The position numbers and the translations under genes were made by a program. The notes below the pieces were generated by a model that saw only the letters and a program-made list of their open reading frames with translations, did not search any database and was not told the DNA's origin. Source: the human T2T-CHM13v2.0 reference genome, Homo sapiens. From it: a stretch of DNA of 64,000 bases. The stretch lies in the NCBI RefSeq assembly GCF_009914755.1, contig NC_060934.1; one strand, 5' to 3'. This document shows, piece after piece, positions 40,202-55,385 of this stretch (position 1 is the first letter of the stretch; every line of letters starts with the position of its first letter).

Positions 40202-43200
40202 TTAATGTTTGAAATTTATAGCAAAAATCCACGTGAAAGTATTAAGAATTTCTAACGATAAAAGATATTTAACTAGATATTTACTCAAATGATCTAAACT
40301 ATTCAAAAGATGGTGACCTATATCGTGGAATACAAAATACTGAAATACAAACAGGTATAATCAATGTGGGAAAAAAGGAAAAATAATAGAAAAACAGAAA
40401 GAATATAAAAACTCCCAATTAAATATATTCTTACTGATTATTTGTTATCAATATTTTCCAAAATAGCATTGGACTGGAGAAATAAGAAATAAAAGCAAGA
40501 AAAGAAAATTGCATTTCAAAATTTTAGCAATAAGACTTTATAATTACTTCATTTATAGTAATAAACTGCATATATACATATTACTATCTTGTTCTTACTT
40601 ATAATGCAAAATAGAAATAAAATTGGTTATGTATTATTCATTACCTATAAATATCATGCTTACTCTTTCTTATTTTAATGCTGTAAAATTTTCCAAATGG
40701 AAACATGTTTACTTTAATTAAAATATTTCAGATAATTTGATTTAAAATATGCATAAATTTAGCAAATGTGTCTGATAGAAAAGTCTAGAAAAAATGATAT
40801 ATACTTAAAAAGGAAGGGATTTCAAAATTCAAGTCTGAGAGACAATCAACTTAGCATTGAAGACCCTTTGCAATTTCATTGCCACCCCTGAAACAGAAGA
40901 CAACATACTCTAATTTAGAGAAAGAACAGCAATATAAAGTAAGAAGGCTAGCACTGATGTCTGCATAGTAGGAAAGAAAGGCAGGTGGAGCGAAGAAAAA
41001 AGGAATATTCAGAGAGTGGACTATTATGAAGGCTTTGAAAAAGAGAGAAAGGAGTGATACAGGGAGGTAAGGTGTTGTTCTAGATTATACTATCTTTTAA
41101 AGTATGCATAGCATGATATGAAATGGATTTAATATCATAAAACACTTCTTTAAGTCTGATGTCAAGGACTGAGGCAAGAGCAAAGAATAGAAAATTGTTA
41201 AATGTGTTTAATTTGAAAATAATAGAACTCATAATTTCAAAATTTCTATGTAAAATACAAAAGTTGTAATGCACACTACTATAATAAAATGTGAACATGA
41301 TTTGATCCACAATATACTTGAATCTGCCCATCTTTTAAACATTGTGATATGTGTAGATTTCAAATAACCTTGAAATAAATGGTTTCATTTGAACCTAAAA
41401 CAAGTTATGTATTCATAATATCTCATTCTGTAGTAGCTTCTATGTTCAGGATTTTGACTTAAGGTCACTGTGCTACATTTATCCTGGAACAATAAGAAAG
41501 TAATACTACACATAATAATTCCAACTGGCGTATTTATTATAAAATGATCAAAAATATTGAGAAAAAGTTCAAGAGGCTTCACACTCTGATATTTTCAAAC
41601 AGGCACTTCAGTTGTTTCCATTTCAGTGTCATGAACCCAATTACTCAGATAACTAGAAAGCGGGATATTCTAAAAAATCTAACATGTTAGTTTTAAAAAT
41701 AAATTATGTATTTTTAAAAGTCAATTAGAAAATGCATATGTCTATTCTGAATGATATTTTAAGCATTCTTATTTTACACTTTAGAGTGAATTGTGATTAA
41801 ATTCAATTATTAGAGTTGATAAAAAAGTTTTAGTTAACATGCAGTTTCAGTCAAAGAAACTCTAAGTATGAATGTCTGCCATTTGTTTTGTGTTCATCCT
41901 GGATTTACCTAATCACTGGGCTTTTAAGCACATATACACTTCTCTAAATGCACCAACAATGGTGCCATCTGGCATGCCTTAATTTATTCGGACCTTTAAA
42001 CCCTAAATGCAAGCTGAGGAAGTTTTGCTATGTACCTTGTTTACCAAATATTTACTTTGTTCCTTTTGTTCAAATCTCATCATTCTCTACTTCCTTTATA
42101 CCTTAATTCTCTCAATTTATTTTCTTCCTTTCAACCGTAACCTCTGTTAATAAATTTGTTAGGTATATTCACTCATATCTTCACATTTTTAAGCATTTTT
42201 GTGTGTCAAGTATTTTGATAATGCAATATTTCAATAAGTATTGAGTTGTCAACTAGTGTGTCCAAATGTGACTGTAGTATAATATGTTTGTGTCACAAAG
42301 AGCACTTACTTTTTACCACTTTCAAGAAAACCTCTAGGTTTTGTTTGTCAAATGCTTTTCGTTTGAAGATAATGCACACATCAATACTCCATAAATAGAC
42401 TTCCTTATATTGGATAAACAGAAACATTAAAGATCTTTTGTTAATTTAACTGTCTCAGTTTCTTGAGTGCTTTTATAATAACTAGCTGGAGAAAGATAAC
42501 ATTTCCCAGAACTACAGTGTATTTGCTTTTTGTGAAGAAGATAATCTATCACAGAAAGCTAGCACTATACATGGCATATTATAGCTCATTCTGTTTTGTT
42601 TAGTTAATCTCTGATCAAAATATAACATTTACATTTATGTATATTTAAAATAATAATCTTGTACATAAATGCTACTGGTAAATATCCTCGTATTAATTTA
42701 AGTAAAAAAATTTAGGAAGCCAGATTTGGAAATGTTCAACAAATTGTCACTCAATGTTTAATAATTTATATTCATTTTTAAAGATAGTGCAAGTTTCAAA
42801 TGTTGTGTATATATTTATGTTCCAAATATTACAGCATATCATTTTATGAGTTTTATGAAAATTTTAAGTAATATCAACATAAAATGTTAATAGATACATA
42901 TCAGTACCAACTAACCTATTGTTTTGATTGACAATATTTACAGTTCAAGGTTTTGCTACCCTTCACAAGAAAGGTGTATCAAATGTTTGGTAAGAAACAA
43001 TGTGCATTTGAAGTCAAATATCCTTCTCTAAATCTCTTTATAAACTTAAATTCCTTCTTGTCAAGCTGCATTCCGATACAGTTTGAATTTCACAAATATA
43101 TTTGAATTTTGCAATTCCTAAAGAGTAACTTGAGTCAACACTTGTATATTTGCAACTCTTTTAATCATGTTAGAGTTAATAGCTTATAAGTTTCATAGAC

Positions 43201-44227
43201 TAGGATGTACATGGACAAATAATGCTCTGGCTTAATATTCCAATAGGGGTAGCAGACTTTAGGTAGCTGTTGTGTCTATAAGTTTATTTAAAATGAATTT
43301 AAGTGTTAAATCAATAGGTACACAGAGAGTTGATTAAAAACCGTTAATTTTCCTCTGACATTAGGTAATATTTATTTTACCCTAAAATATCCAGTCAGTA
43401 TATACCAAAAGTATGATATATTAATTCACTTATCTGCATATTATATTTTGAGATGGTAAAATAAGCTCTGACATGCACACATAAAAACAGAAAAAAATGC
43501 AAAAGTAAATGCATATGAAAACACACAGGTAAACAAACATATGAATATAAAATAAACAAGCATTCTATCATATAAAACTGTGTTCAAAGATGAGAGTCTA
43601 CTGTTTAAACACCAACTTGGGGTTTCTAATGGGAATAAATATAGGATATCACAAACACACAAGACCATATGCATGCACATATATAGGCACATACAACACA
43701 GACATGTATAGACATATGTGCACATATATATGTATGCATATACAAGAGCATACATATAAATGACAAAGCATAAGAGAAAAATGACAAAAAAATGTTATCT
43801 CCTCAGCCAGTTTTAATTACTTGGTAGTAGTTGCCTGAGTATTTAGTTCAAAAAAATTCAATTTCAAACTTACAATGTTTTAGAAAAAATGCCATGATAA
43901 ATTACCAATGTTTGTTGTGGACTGAGAAAACATTAATAATTAAGCAGTCTTTGCCTCAGTTGACAATTAAATTTGGATTTTACAAAATTTCATAGTACTA
44001 TAAACAATAGATTATGTAAATATTTTTACCTTTTTTAACTTTAAAATATTTTTAAATTTTAAACCAATGAAGTAAGTATATTTAAATTTATATAAAGTAT
44101 TTGTAGATATCCTTATAAGGGATAATGAAGTAATACCTACGTGTTTTAGTGAAGAAAAAAAAGAACAAGGAAATAAACCACAGCAATTAACAAAAGAACA
44201 ATCACAAGCTTAACACCTAGTACCTAC

Positions 44228-44248
44228 AGGAACTCCACTGGGTGGAAC
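44228..44248 (-). CDS. PCDH15: PCDH15 alternative 21-nt microexon encoding VPPSGVP (called exon 11a/12a in the literature, as recalled)
   Basis: Minus strand reads tttaatttgcgtatag|GTT CCA CCC AGT GGA GTT CCT|gtaggta. It is phase 0/0 and inserts in frame between ...DIED and TKDP..., matching the known 7-aa EC4 insertion of some PCDH15 isoforms. Confidence 0.92.
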
Positions 44249-44784
44249 CTATACGCAAATTAAACATGAAATAAATATTGTAAATGTAAATGATCACAAC
44301 CGCACATATGAAGAAAAAGCAAACCACTTCCAGCACACTAGACTGACAATTTTTTTCAGAGTATACAATTTTTTTATTAGCATTGTGACCCACATATAAT
44401 GGAATAACGATATTTATGAAGCATATAAATACTTAACTGCTTTATGAGTATATTGAATTAAATATCAAAGATACCTCTTCATAGTAAAATAACGTTAAGC
44501 AGAGAAACAAATTTACATGAAGTTATAAATAAGTATCTTTTTACAAGCCAAATGAGTAATCTTTATTGATTATTATTCTTTGTCATTTTTTATGATCAGC
44601 ATTCAATAATCAATTTTTAGCATCTCTGACACTGAAAACCTGGTGGTCTCAGACATGCCTCTTAACACCTTGTGCCTTACCTATTCTACTTATATTATGG
44701 GTTATTTTGAAATTATGATGTGGTACAAGTACTCTAAAAGGCATAATGTATAAACTGATATGGTTCATATATGTATACATGCAT

Positions 44785-44790
<6 letters not shown>

Positions 44791-44822
<32 letters not shown>
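44791..44822. repeat. (GT)16 microsatellite
   Basis: Direct read. Confidence 0.95.
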
Positions 44823-44825
<3 letters not shown>

Positions 44826-45264
44826 GGTATATGTCTACATCTATATAGCAATAAAAAGAACACTGGTGCAAATATTTCTTTTCCTTTCTTTTCAGTATTA
44901 CTGTGGCCCTTGGAATTCTTTCTGACTTAAAATCTACACTGTGAATACTATCACAACTCACATTCCTGGCTATTGTTTCTTAAAATGTGGCTTCACTTTC
45001 CACTAAATTAAAGGGAGAAACACAACTTAAATTTTAAGCAAATGGATCCAAACTTGTCCCCTTCTTGGCATTTACCATCTGGAATAGCTATGCTTGAAGC
45101 AACTCTTGAGAGCCAAGCCCTGCAATGACAACTTCCACTTTTATGCTTGAGGCTTAATCTCTAATACTATGCTGATATTGTATGAGGTGGCACACTGTCT
45201 CTCTCAAAGAGTTTATCCCTATAATGATGATTGTCACTAATTCTGACACTCAAAAGCAACAGGA

Positions 45265-45563
45265 TTTTGTTTCATTTTGTTGAATTAGGGTCCCAATTTG
45301 TCATCTAGCCTGCAGTGCAGTGGTGCAATCATGGCTCACTGCAGCCTCGAACCAGTGGGCTCAAGGGATCCTTCTGCCTCAGCCTTTCAATTAGTGAGAC
45401 TACAAGCATGAACCACCATGCCTGGCTAAGTTTTTTGTTTATTTTTGTAGAGACTGCATCTCCATATGTAGCCAAGGCTGGTCTGGAACTCCTGGCCTCA
45501 AGCCATCCTCCAGCCTCACTCTCCCAAAATGCTGAGATTATGAGTGAGCCACCACACCCAGCC
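45265..45563 (-). mobile_element. AluJ-like element
   Basis: Diverged dimer (atcatggctcactgcagcctcga...ctcaagccatcctcc). Confidence 0.85.
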
Positions 45564-46495
45564 AAGAGTGGCATGATTTACCTTGAAGTAAAATTCATGC
45601 CCATAAACTAAAATGGCTTTAAAGTTTTCTTTTCATAATACAGATCTTTTGAAAATCCCAGAAATGAACTAATTTACTTTATAAAAATAAATGGTGCTCG
45701 GTCTATAAAAAACAGATGTATCAGAAGGACATAAATCCATCTTCTAATATATGAATGACTATTTCATAGATTTATTTTGTGTGCTGGCAAATGGAAGATT
45801 TAAGGAATAATAGATGAATTAAAAGAAAACTGGTTTCAACTCAGTATGAAAAACAGCTTTCTAAGAATTAGAGTTGTTCAAACATGGGATAGGCCATCTT
45901 GTGAAATACTTAATGCAACATCATTAGCATCTTTGAAGCATCTGTTAGATAACCTAATTCATTCAATAGTGACTGAATTTATGAGTTTATTGAAGAGTTC
46001 CCAAACCCTATTAAGTGCTGGAAACTGTGTTAGTTCTTCAGCATACAAAAGTTGCTAAGATATAGGACCTATTCTCAACAGATGTAAACTCATGAGGGAG
46101 AAAGACATTATTTTCAAGTTGGAAGTATAGAATTAGAGAAATGCACTGAGGGAGGCATGCAACTAAAATTGGATAATGAATACCGTGGAAAGATTCTCGA
46201 ATGAAGGAATGCCTGAGGTGAGCTCTAAACACTGAGTATAAGTTATCCAAGCCAGCCTGTGCAACAGATGAAAGATTTCAAAGCCTAGAACATGTAATGA
46301 GCAAACATTAGACAAGATGTAGCTTGGCACATGAAAGAAACGACAAGCAGTTGCCAAATGTTATAGGTGAATTAGGAAGTTTCCAAAACTCAGGCCACAA
46401 AAATGTTCAGGTATCAAGATACAGAAAATTGTGTGAGCTTAAATTTTCTTCTCTAGAGGAATAGGTGTCATAAAAGTATATCAGATAGAAATGTG

Positions 46496-46779
<284 letters not shown>

Positions 46780-46780
<1 letters not shown>

Positions 46781-47119
46781 AAAGAAAGACAAGCAAGGGA
46801 AAGAAAAAAAAGAAAAGAAAGAAGGAGAAGGAGGGGAAGGAAGGGACGGGGGGAAGGAAAGGAAGGGAGAGAGAAAGAAAAAAATAATGAATGGAGAGAA
46901 GGAAGGAAGGCAGGAAGGCAGGCAGGCAGAAGGAAAGAAGAAAGAAACAAAGGAAGGAAGGAAGAAAGAAAAAAAATAAAGAAAGAAAGAAAGAGAGAGA
47001 GAAAGAAAGAAAGAAAAAGAAAGAAAGAAAGAAAAAGAAAGAGAAAGAAAGAAAGGAAAGAAGGAAGGAAGGAAAAAGAGAAAGAAAGGAGAGGGAGAGA
47101 GGGAGAGAGGAAGGAAGGA
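46780..47119. repeat. GA-rich low-complexity tract (GAAA/GGAA), pure purine from 46978 to 47119
   Basis: Direct read; appears to have grown from the Alu tail. Confidence 0.92.
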
Positions 47120-49149
47120 TGTAGTTAGATGTTAGATTTGAGCTTTTGAATAAATCACTCTAATGGCCCTGCAGAAGATAGACTTGAGTAAGAAATCAAG
47201 AGACCAAGAACATCAGGAAGTAATTCTAATAACAGACCAATAGGGTGGTGGTTATAAGGATAGAGAGAAGAAAAGAGATTAAATAAATAATTAGGGGACA
47301 AAATAGGAAGATCTGGAAGATTTCTTAGTTGTGGCGAATAAAGAAAACATAAAAATCAAGCAAGACTTCTAGGATTCTAGGTTGCATAGCACAATAAAAC
47401 ATCTATCAATTTCTGGGAAATGGGTTTTAGGAGAGGATTTCATACAGTACTGGAAGTTTAAACTATTTCTAATATTCTATGAGCTTATTTATATTTTATA
47501 TATAGAAACTACATATGATATTTTTAAAAATTTTATTACTAGAAGACTAGGCATACTTGTTCACTCTCTGGACACCTAATGACAGTCACTCACCATAGAT
47601 TATTTTAGAAAGGGGGTGAGTCTAAGTAATAAACAAATGATCAGTTTTGCTGATTAATTACTTGACACTTTTATAAAAGTTATGAAGCATGCCACCCTCC
47701 ATGTACATGGCATCATCTCAGGGAAATTTTCTCTCCATGCCCTTTCCTACCAGTCCCAACTAAAGACACATACCAAGGCAGCAATGATTGCTACCATATA
47801 GATGACTGGACAAGAGGGGGCACCTGATGAGTATGAAACTCACAATGTTATACAGCTATTACATGACAGAACCAGGAGTCAAGCCAAGATCTGTCTAAAT
47901 CCAAAGCCCAAACTGCCAAAAACACTTCAGAGCATTTCATAGACTAACTGGTACTGTACATCTCCAAGAGTTGAATTATAAGTAGTGTTTCTCAAAGGTT
48001 TTAGACCCCTGAGCTCTCTCCACTTTATTTCATCAATGCCCTGTGAGTACTACTGTCTTTTACAAAGTTCCTTGGAACACAATTTTAACATTTGTAATTT
48101 AAAAGTGAACAGACAATCCAGACAAGTATGGGGTCACATAGGCAAGCATAGGGCTTAGTGTGTAACCAATAGATAATATGAACACACTGAGAAGGTATAA
48201 ATACATAAATTTTGCTATTGTGTAAACTTAAAACTACCTAACTTTAGATTTAGATTTTTCTAACCACCAGTCCTATTAAGGTATGACCTAAGCTATCATA
48301 CACTTTCAAATTGATTAGTCACTACTTAAAATATGAGTATGTATTCAATTGAAAAGCAAAATCCGCACTAAAATTTGTGGGACATTAGTAGATCTACAAA
48401 ATACATTTGCTCAGCCTGGATTGAAGTTATTAAGGTGACTCTAGGTGTTTTCTAGTGGGGATTCAGTAGAGACTTTTTTCCTGTGACTCATGAAACCCAC
48501 TATACATCAGAGAATCCCTAAATTCTCTTGACTGGCATATGAAACTGTGTATAGATTAATGTGTTCACTTTTCTAGGAAAAGAACCTAGAGCATTCTTCA
48601 GCTATCATTATAGTCAGACTATGATCAAAGTATATAAAATATAGAGTGCTTAAAATTGAGAACTTTGTTTTCCATAAACCTTGGCTTAAGGTCCATTTCT
48701 ACTGTTTACTAACACTGTGATCATGGTAAGGCATTTAAACTAGCTTTAATATCCCTTTCTGAAATAGGGATAATTGCATCTATCATGTTTGTTGTGAGAT
48801 TTAAGGGAATTAATGCAAGAAGAATTTACTGTATTGTTTGACATGTACTGAGAACTCAATGACAGATATTGTTAAAACTTGTGGTTTAAGAAGACACTAA
48901 ATGTGAGAGACCAGGAAAGATTGAAAAAAAAAAAAAAGCTAGAATGGAAAAAGAAAACAAAGCAAAGAGAAACAAAAGAATAAAATAAAGCATCTGGTGG
49001 GAAGAGGTGGAGTGCCAACAAGAATTGTCATAGCCTCTGTGGAGTGTTACAAAATTTATTTAGAAAGAGAAAAAAAATCTGAAAGTGCCTTCCTAATTTC
49101 CTGAAGTGATTATAAAGCTATGTGTAATGAGATATTAGGGAACATTCTA

Positions 49150-49335
49150 GAGCTCTGCTGCCTTATGAGTGACATGTATTTATATTTAATTTCATTAATA
49201 TTAAGCAAAATTTAAAAGTTATGTTTTTAGTCCAGTTAAATTTTAAGTACTCAATAGCTGTATAAGACTAGTGGCTACTATGTTGGACAGTACAGTTACA
49301 CAGTAATTCCATCATCACAAAAAAATCCATCTATC
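49150..49335 (-). mobile_element. MER3/MER33-like fragment
   Basis: ctagtggctactatgttggacag...ttccatcatcaca; approximate. Confidence 0.6.
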
Positions 49336-49462
49336 TGAGAGCAAGCACTGTTAAGGGAGAAATGAATGAATCAAGAATTATATAACAGCAAGTAAGAAAT
49401 CCAACTATCTTTTACATATAGTTATGCTTATAATCCAAACACAGTTGTATTTACTTGCTGTT

Positions 49463-49511
49463 TTATATATGTGTGTGTGTGTGTGTGTGTATGTATACCT
49501 GTGTATATATC

Positions 49512-49552
<41 letters not shown>

Positions 49553-49612
49553 ATCTGTATGTGTATGTATACCTGTGTATATGTCTATCTATCTATCTAT
49601 CTATATATATAC
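49463..49612. repeat. Compound microsatellite (TG)n with (TCTA)10 at 49512-49551
   Basis: Direct read. Confidence 0.92.
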
Positions 49613-50537
49613 ACAAAACATATGTATACATATTTATGCAGTGAGGATACTGTGGTAGTTCACAAACTCAAAGGAAAATCTTTGGGAATTAGAATACCTC
49701 TGGGGAACTTAAAACTTAAAAGACAGGCACTCAATGGGACTCTCTTTTCTGTGTGTATCTCTCAGGCTTCATTCTCTCCCACTGATAATTGGCTTTCTCA
49801 TGATGTCAGCAAATGTGGCTACAAAGGTTTCAGATTCATTTCCACTTCTCTAATACATGATACCAAAGTCTTTCAGCCCTTCTGTTCTCCATTGTAAATT
49901 CCTGGGAGGATTCTGGCTAGCCTGGTATAGATTTTCTGTCCCTTTATAACATTCACTCTGGCTAAGGAGGTAAAGTGTTCTGATTTGCTCAGCCTGGACC
50001 ATTTCCCACTCATGTAGATAGTGTGAGTACAAGAAAAACAAAAGACAATGATTTGTGGAGTGAAGCGTAAGCATCCACATAGTCACTGGCAGAAGTATGA
50101 ATGGGTCAGCTGCCTCAAATATATTTTAATAACGATGCCCTCAGACTTGAAGAAAAGTCTCTGAGAATCACAATCTAGGGGTGCTTTCATGATTTTTTAC
50201 TCATGTAGTAACACCATTATTTTTGCTTTATCAATAATTATATAAAACAGTTCTCAACATATGTTAATAAAAATATTGCCCTCGTCATTAAATAAACATC
50301 AAGTAAAACATTCATTTTCTTACATATACTGAATATCTGCAAGCTGAAAAGGAATAGTTATTGAATTCAAAGATACTTTTTAAAATATCCTTGTTTTGGA
50401 ATTAAATTATAACACTAAAACTCACTTACAGTGACTTAATTCTCTCTTCTCTAGCTTATGTAGCCATATCTTTGTCATATTTCCCATTAATGGAAATATG
50501 AGATTTGTTACACAAACAAGAGCAAAATATGTATTTA

Positions 50538-50750
<213 letters not shown>

Positions 50751-50952
50751 CTAAAATTGAAAAGAAAAGAAAATATTTAGAAAGTATATGTCGTGCTATC
50801 TTTTTGGAGTTTCACTTTTCATGCAATATATAGGGTTCTCTTTTTAACTAATATCATCACATAAGGAAAAAATACGTTAAAGGGCCATTTGAAAATATAA
50901 ATGAGGAAATGAAAATCCAGTGAGGCTTAATTGCTTCAGTCTTCTGTTTTAA

Positions 50953-51302
<350 letters not shown>

Positions 51303-51503
51303 AAATTATTGTAATTTTTATTGAATGCAGTAGGAGAGGTAATTGTGTTTAAATACATTTAGTCAGAAAATTCAAATGGAGATACTTGAGTGTACCGCTG
51401 ATAAAATATTTAAATAAAAGAAAAAAAGTAACACAAATAAAGAACTATCGTATCGACTTTGTCTCTTCTGTGTCTTCTCATTTTACACTAATGTTTAAAT
51501 CTC

Positions 51504-51862
51504 TGCTATGGTCTCTGCTGTTGTACCCCCCAAATTCGTAAGTTGAAATTTTAACCCCAAAGGTGATGGTATTAAGAGGTGTGGCATTTGGAAGGTGATA
51601 AGGTGGTGAGGGCAGAGCCCTCATTAATGGGGTGAATGCCCTTATAGAAAAGGGTCTAGAGGGCTCCTTTTCCCCGCCTCCCACCACGTGAGAACAAGTA
51701 AGAAGGTGGAACCACCCTCTGTGAGGAAGTGGGCCCTCACTAGAAACCAAATTTACAAGAGTCGAATGTCCAGCCTCCACGACTGTGAGAAATAAATGTT
51801 CCTTGTTTATAAGCCATCCAGTTTATGGTGTTTTGTTATTGCAGCTCAAAGAAACGTAGACA
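51504..51862 (+). mobile_element. Solo MaLR LTR (MLT1A/MSTD-like)
   Basis: tgctatgg...aaattcgtaagttgaaat...gactgtgagaaataaatgt...gtagaca. Confidence 0.75.
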
Positions 51863-53343
51863 ATTCCCAAATAATTCGTAATTCTATATAAAATTAATAA
51901 AGTTATATTTATTGCCCACTGAACGTCCCCAAAAGCTTCTTAAAAAGGACAGAAATAATAAATTTCATTGTAATGTTGTAGAAACTGTGAATTGCAATAT
52001 TATTTAACTAGAAATGTTTTTCAAGTAAAATTAATATTCTTATGTATAAATTTTCTTTTTTTTCTCCCATTAAGTTTAAGAAGTTGATAAAAATTTCTGT
52101 TTCTAACACATTTTCATACAAAATCTCTACATGGTCATGCTGCACATAGGAAAATACTAACCATAGATTTTCTGTTTTTTAAAAAATATATATTTTATTA
52201 TATGTGTATTGGAAGGTTTAATTTAAAGGAAGATTTCATCACAATTGACTTCTGGAAAATCTCCTCCAACTTTTATGAGAAAACATGGATATAATTTAAT
52301 AGCATATACATTTATTAAAATGAATTCAAATTCTATCTTTAATTTTTGTTATGTTTTCCCCATTGGGAGAAAAGTTGTATTTTTAAATCAATTAAAATGA
52401 AAATAAAATATTTGATATTAAACTCTGGTGTGATTTTCTAGATAGATAGTGACAGTACTTTGTAAGTAGCTCAGCTAGAGATCTCTAACTGTTAAAACGT
52501 GAGGAAAGAAATTTGGTCTCCAGAAAACAATTTTTCACTTCCTTCTAATAGTAATTTAACATTTTCATCTGTTAAAAAGGTAGGTAACAAACTACAGTGA
52601 TATTGGTAGGGATTGCTGACTTTTCACCAAGAAATATTACAATATATTTTCCTTCATATTATTTATATTGAAGATTTGTTGAAATATTATTTATGTCAAT
52701 TACTAATGTGAAATTATGCTAATTAATAAACCCATAGGGAGGTAATGTCATATAATGCATTGATTAAAAAACTTATATTTGATTTTTAATATATTGATAT
52801 CTCTATTTAGATAATATGCTAGATTTTCTTAGTAATATTACATAGTTTACCTTATGCATTTAACTTTTCATTTGGCAGCAGAATGTCAAATTAGCCCATG
52901 GCACAAAACGCTTTAAGATCCTGCTCAGCACTAAGAAGAACAGTACTGGAATAATGTTTGGTCCTGTCTGGGATTATGTATCCATCTCACATAACCAGGC
53001 ATGCTGCTAATACCATCAGTATGGATGAGGTCTTTCTGCATCCAGCAGTTGTGATTAATTTGTGCTGAGCGATGGATGTTCTTTTAGGAGTTACCCCTGT
53101 GACACACATCAGGCTTTCTGGAGACAGCTGACCAGGGCACGAGGTAGAGTCTACGCCTGGAAAACATTGTTTTTTCACTGTTTAAAACTAATTGGTCCAT
53201 ATGGGCTTCCAACCCAATGACCTTGAAATGATTTAAGCAGGAATCCTCTGCTTCACTCTTACAGGCTCAGAGCAGTTCATACATGCAAGGCATTTTGAAC
53301 AGATTTTTTTCTCTCTTTCTTGTATCTCTCCATCTTTCTTTAA

Positions 53344-53657
<314 letters not shown>

Positions 53658-54424
53658 ATAACCAGCATGTCATATCCAGGACATAAAAATGCTATGAAAA
53701 GTCATAAATTCTACAACTTTTCCTCTTTCCCCGATGAACACACCCAAACACACACAATATATAGGTGGTGAGGAGGATGAAAAAAGCAAAATTGTATAAT
53801 AATGAAATAAGCTTACATTTTACATTCAGATCATATATCATTAGTTTTTACCAGCAGCTGTGAAGCCAGTAAAAATATGTATTATTTGCATGATGAAAAC
53901 AAAGTGATTCAATGAAAAGAGAAATAAAATTCAAATCAGATCTATGAAGATAATCTAATTCTTAACTTCCTCATATCTATAAAAATTACATATAAAGGCT
54001 CTGCCCATTTTTACTCTAATATTAATTTAGAGTTAATAATGATTAATATTTTTGGATTGCTACTATGTATTTTGTTCTATTTGAGGTGTTTCAATTTGCT
54101 GACCAGATATCTGTCTCCAAAGCCCACTTTCTTTATGCCATTTATCTGTCCAGATGTGAAAATGTGTATTTTTGAACTGATGGAAAAAAAGAAAGGTTAG
54201 TTTTATATTCAAGGCCACATAGTCTGTAAGTTACATACAGAACATGGGCCCAGACTCAGGTCTCCTGATTTTTAAGAGGCTACACAGGAAGATTCATCAT
54301 ATGTTTCTCAAATTTACAGAATGCAAATGAATATCGAAAAGCAAGAGAGATGGGACAAATTAACAGTAGGAAAAAATATTGAGATAAATACTTCTGTTAA
54401 GTAAGAGTTAAAATGTTGAATTTA

Positions 54425-54442
54425 AACAACAACAACAACAAC

Positions 54443-54478
<36 letters not shown>
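54425..54478. repeat. (AAC)6(AAT)12 compound trinucleotide repeat
   Basis: Direct read; gives the poly-N run in ORF 54413..54604. Confidence 0.95.
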
Positions 54479-54479
<1 letters not shown>

Positions 54480-55150
54480 TACTTTGCTCGTTAGTGGGCC
54501 CATGCATCAAAACTCTGATACAATTATCTTTTCTTCCATACAATATAAATAAGGGTTCTCAAAAATCTGAATTATTCTGTTCCCCTGAAATCCGTGGTGG
54601 ATGAAATGAGAAATATTTTAAAAACACCTCAGTTGGAATAAGGTGGTATTTTAAAAATCATTTACTTTCATAAGGTAACCTTATTTATATTTACAGAGTC
54701 TATAGTTACGAGTTAAACATTATATTTAAGTGCTAGGTTTTGTTTGAAAAGCGTCTGGGCATGAGTCTCACTTTCAGTAACGAGACCAAAGTAAAACTGA
54801 AGCCAAAAAAAATGAAGTATAAAAAGCACACCATTTTGTTACTTTGGAAGGCAAAACATTGAAAAAGACAAACCACTCCATCTTCAATATTGAAAAAAGG
54901 AAATACTGATAATTTCTGAGCACCTTGTAACGGAGGACTGAGACTACAGAATAACTTTGTTCTTCCTAACTGGTGGCAAACAATTTAACAATTTCATAAT
55001 CTCTAATATGAAACCTTTCAAGTAGATTCAACAATTTAAAAAAGACAATGGTAAAGCTTATCAAATTATTTATCATTTAAATAAATTCTAGGATAGAAGA
55101 AAGAAATCATGTTTTCCAGGAATTATTTATTGTGCATCTACAGAGCCCAC

Positions 55151-55385
55151 TTTTTTTTTTTTTTTTTTTTTTGTATTTTAAATTCTGGGATACATGTGCA
55201 GAACGTGCAGGTTTGTTACGTACGCATACACGTCCCACGGTGGTTTGCTGTGCCCATCAACCAGTCATCTACATTAGGTATTTCTCCTAATGCTATCCCT
55301 CCCTAGGCCCCCACCCTCGACAGGCCCCGGTGTGTGATGTTCCCCTCCCTGTGTCCATATGTTCTTATTGCTCAACTCCCACTTC
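55151..55385 (-). mobile_element. Short 5'-truncated L1PA 3' end
   Basis: Poly-T, then tacatgtgcagaacgtgcaggtttgttac...ggtgtgtgatgttcccctccctgtgtcc. Confidence 0.85.
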
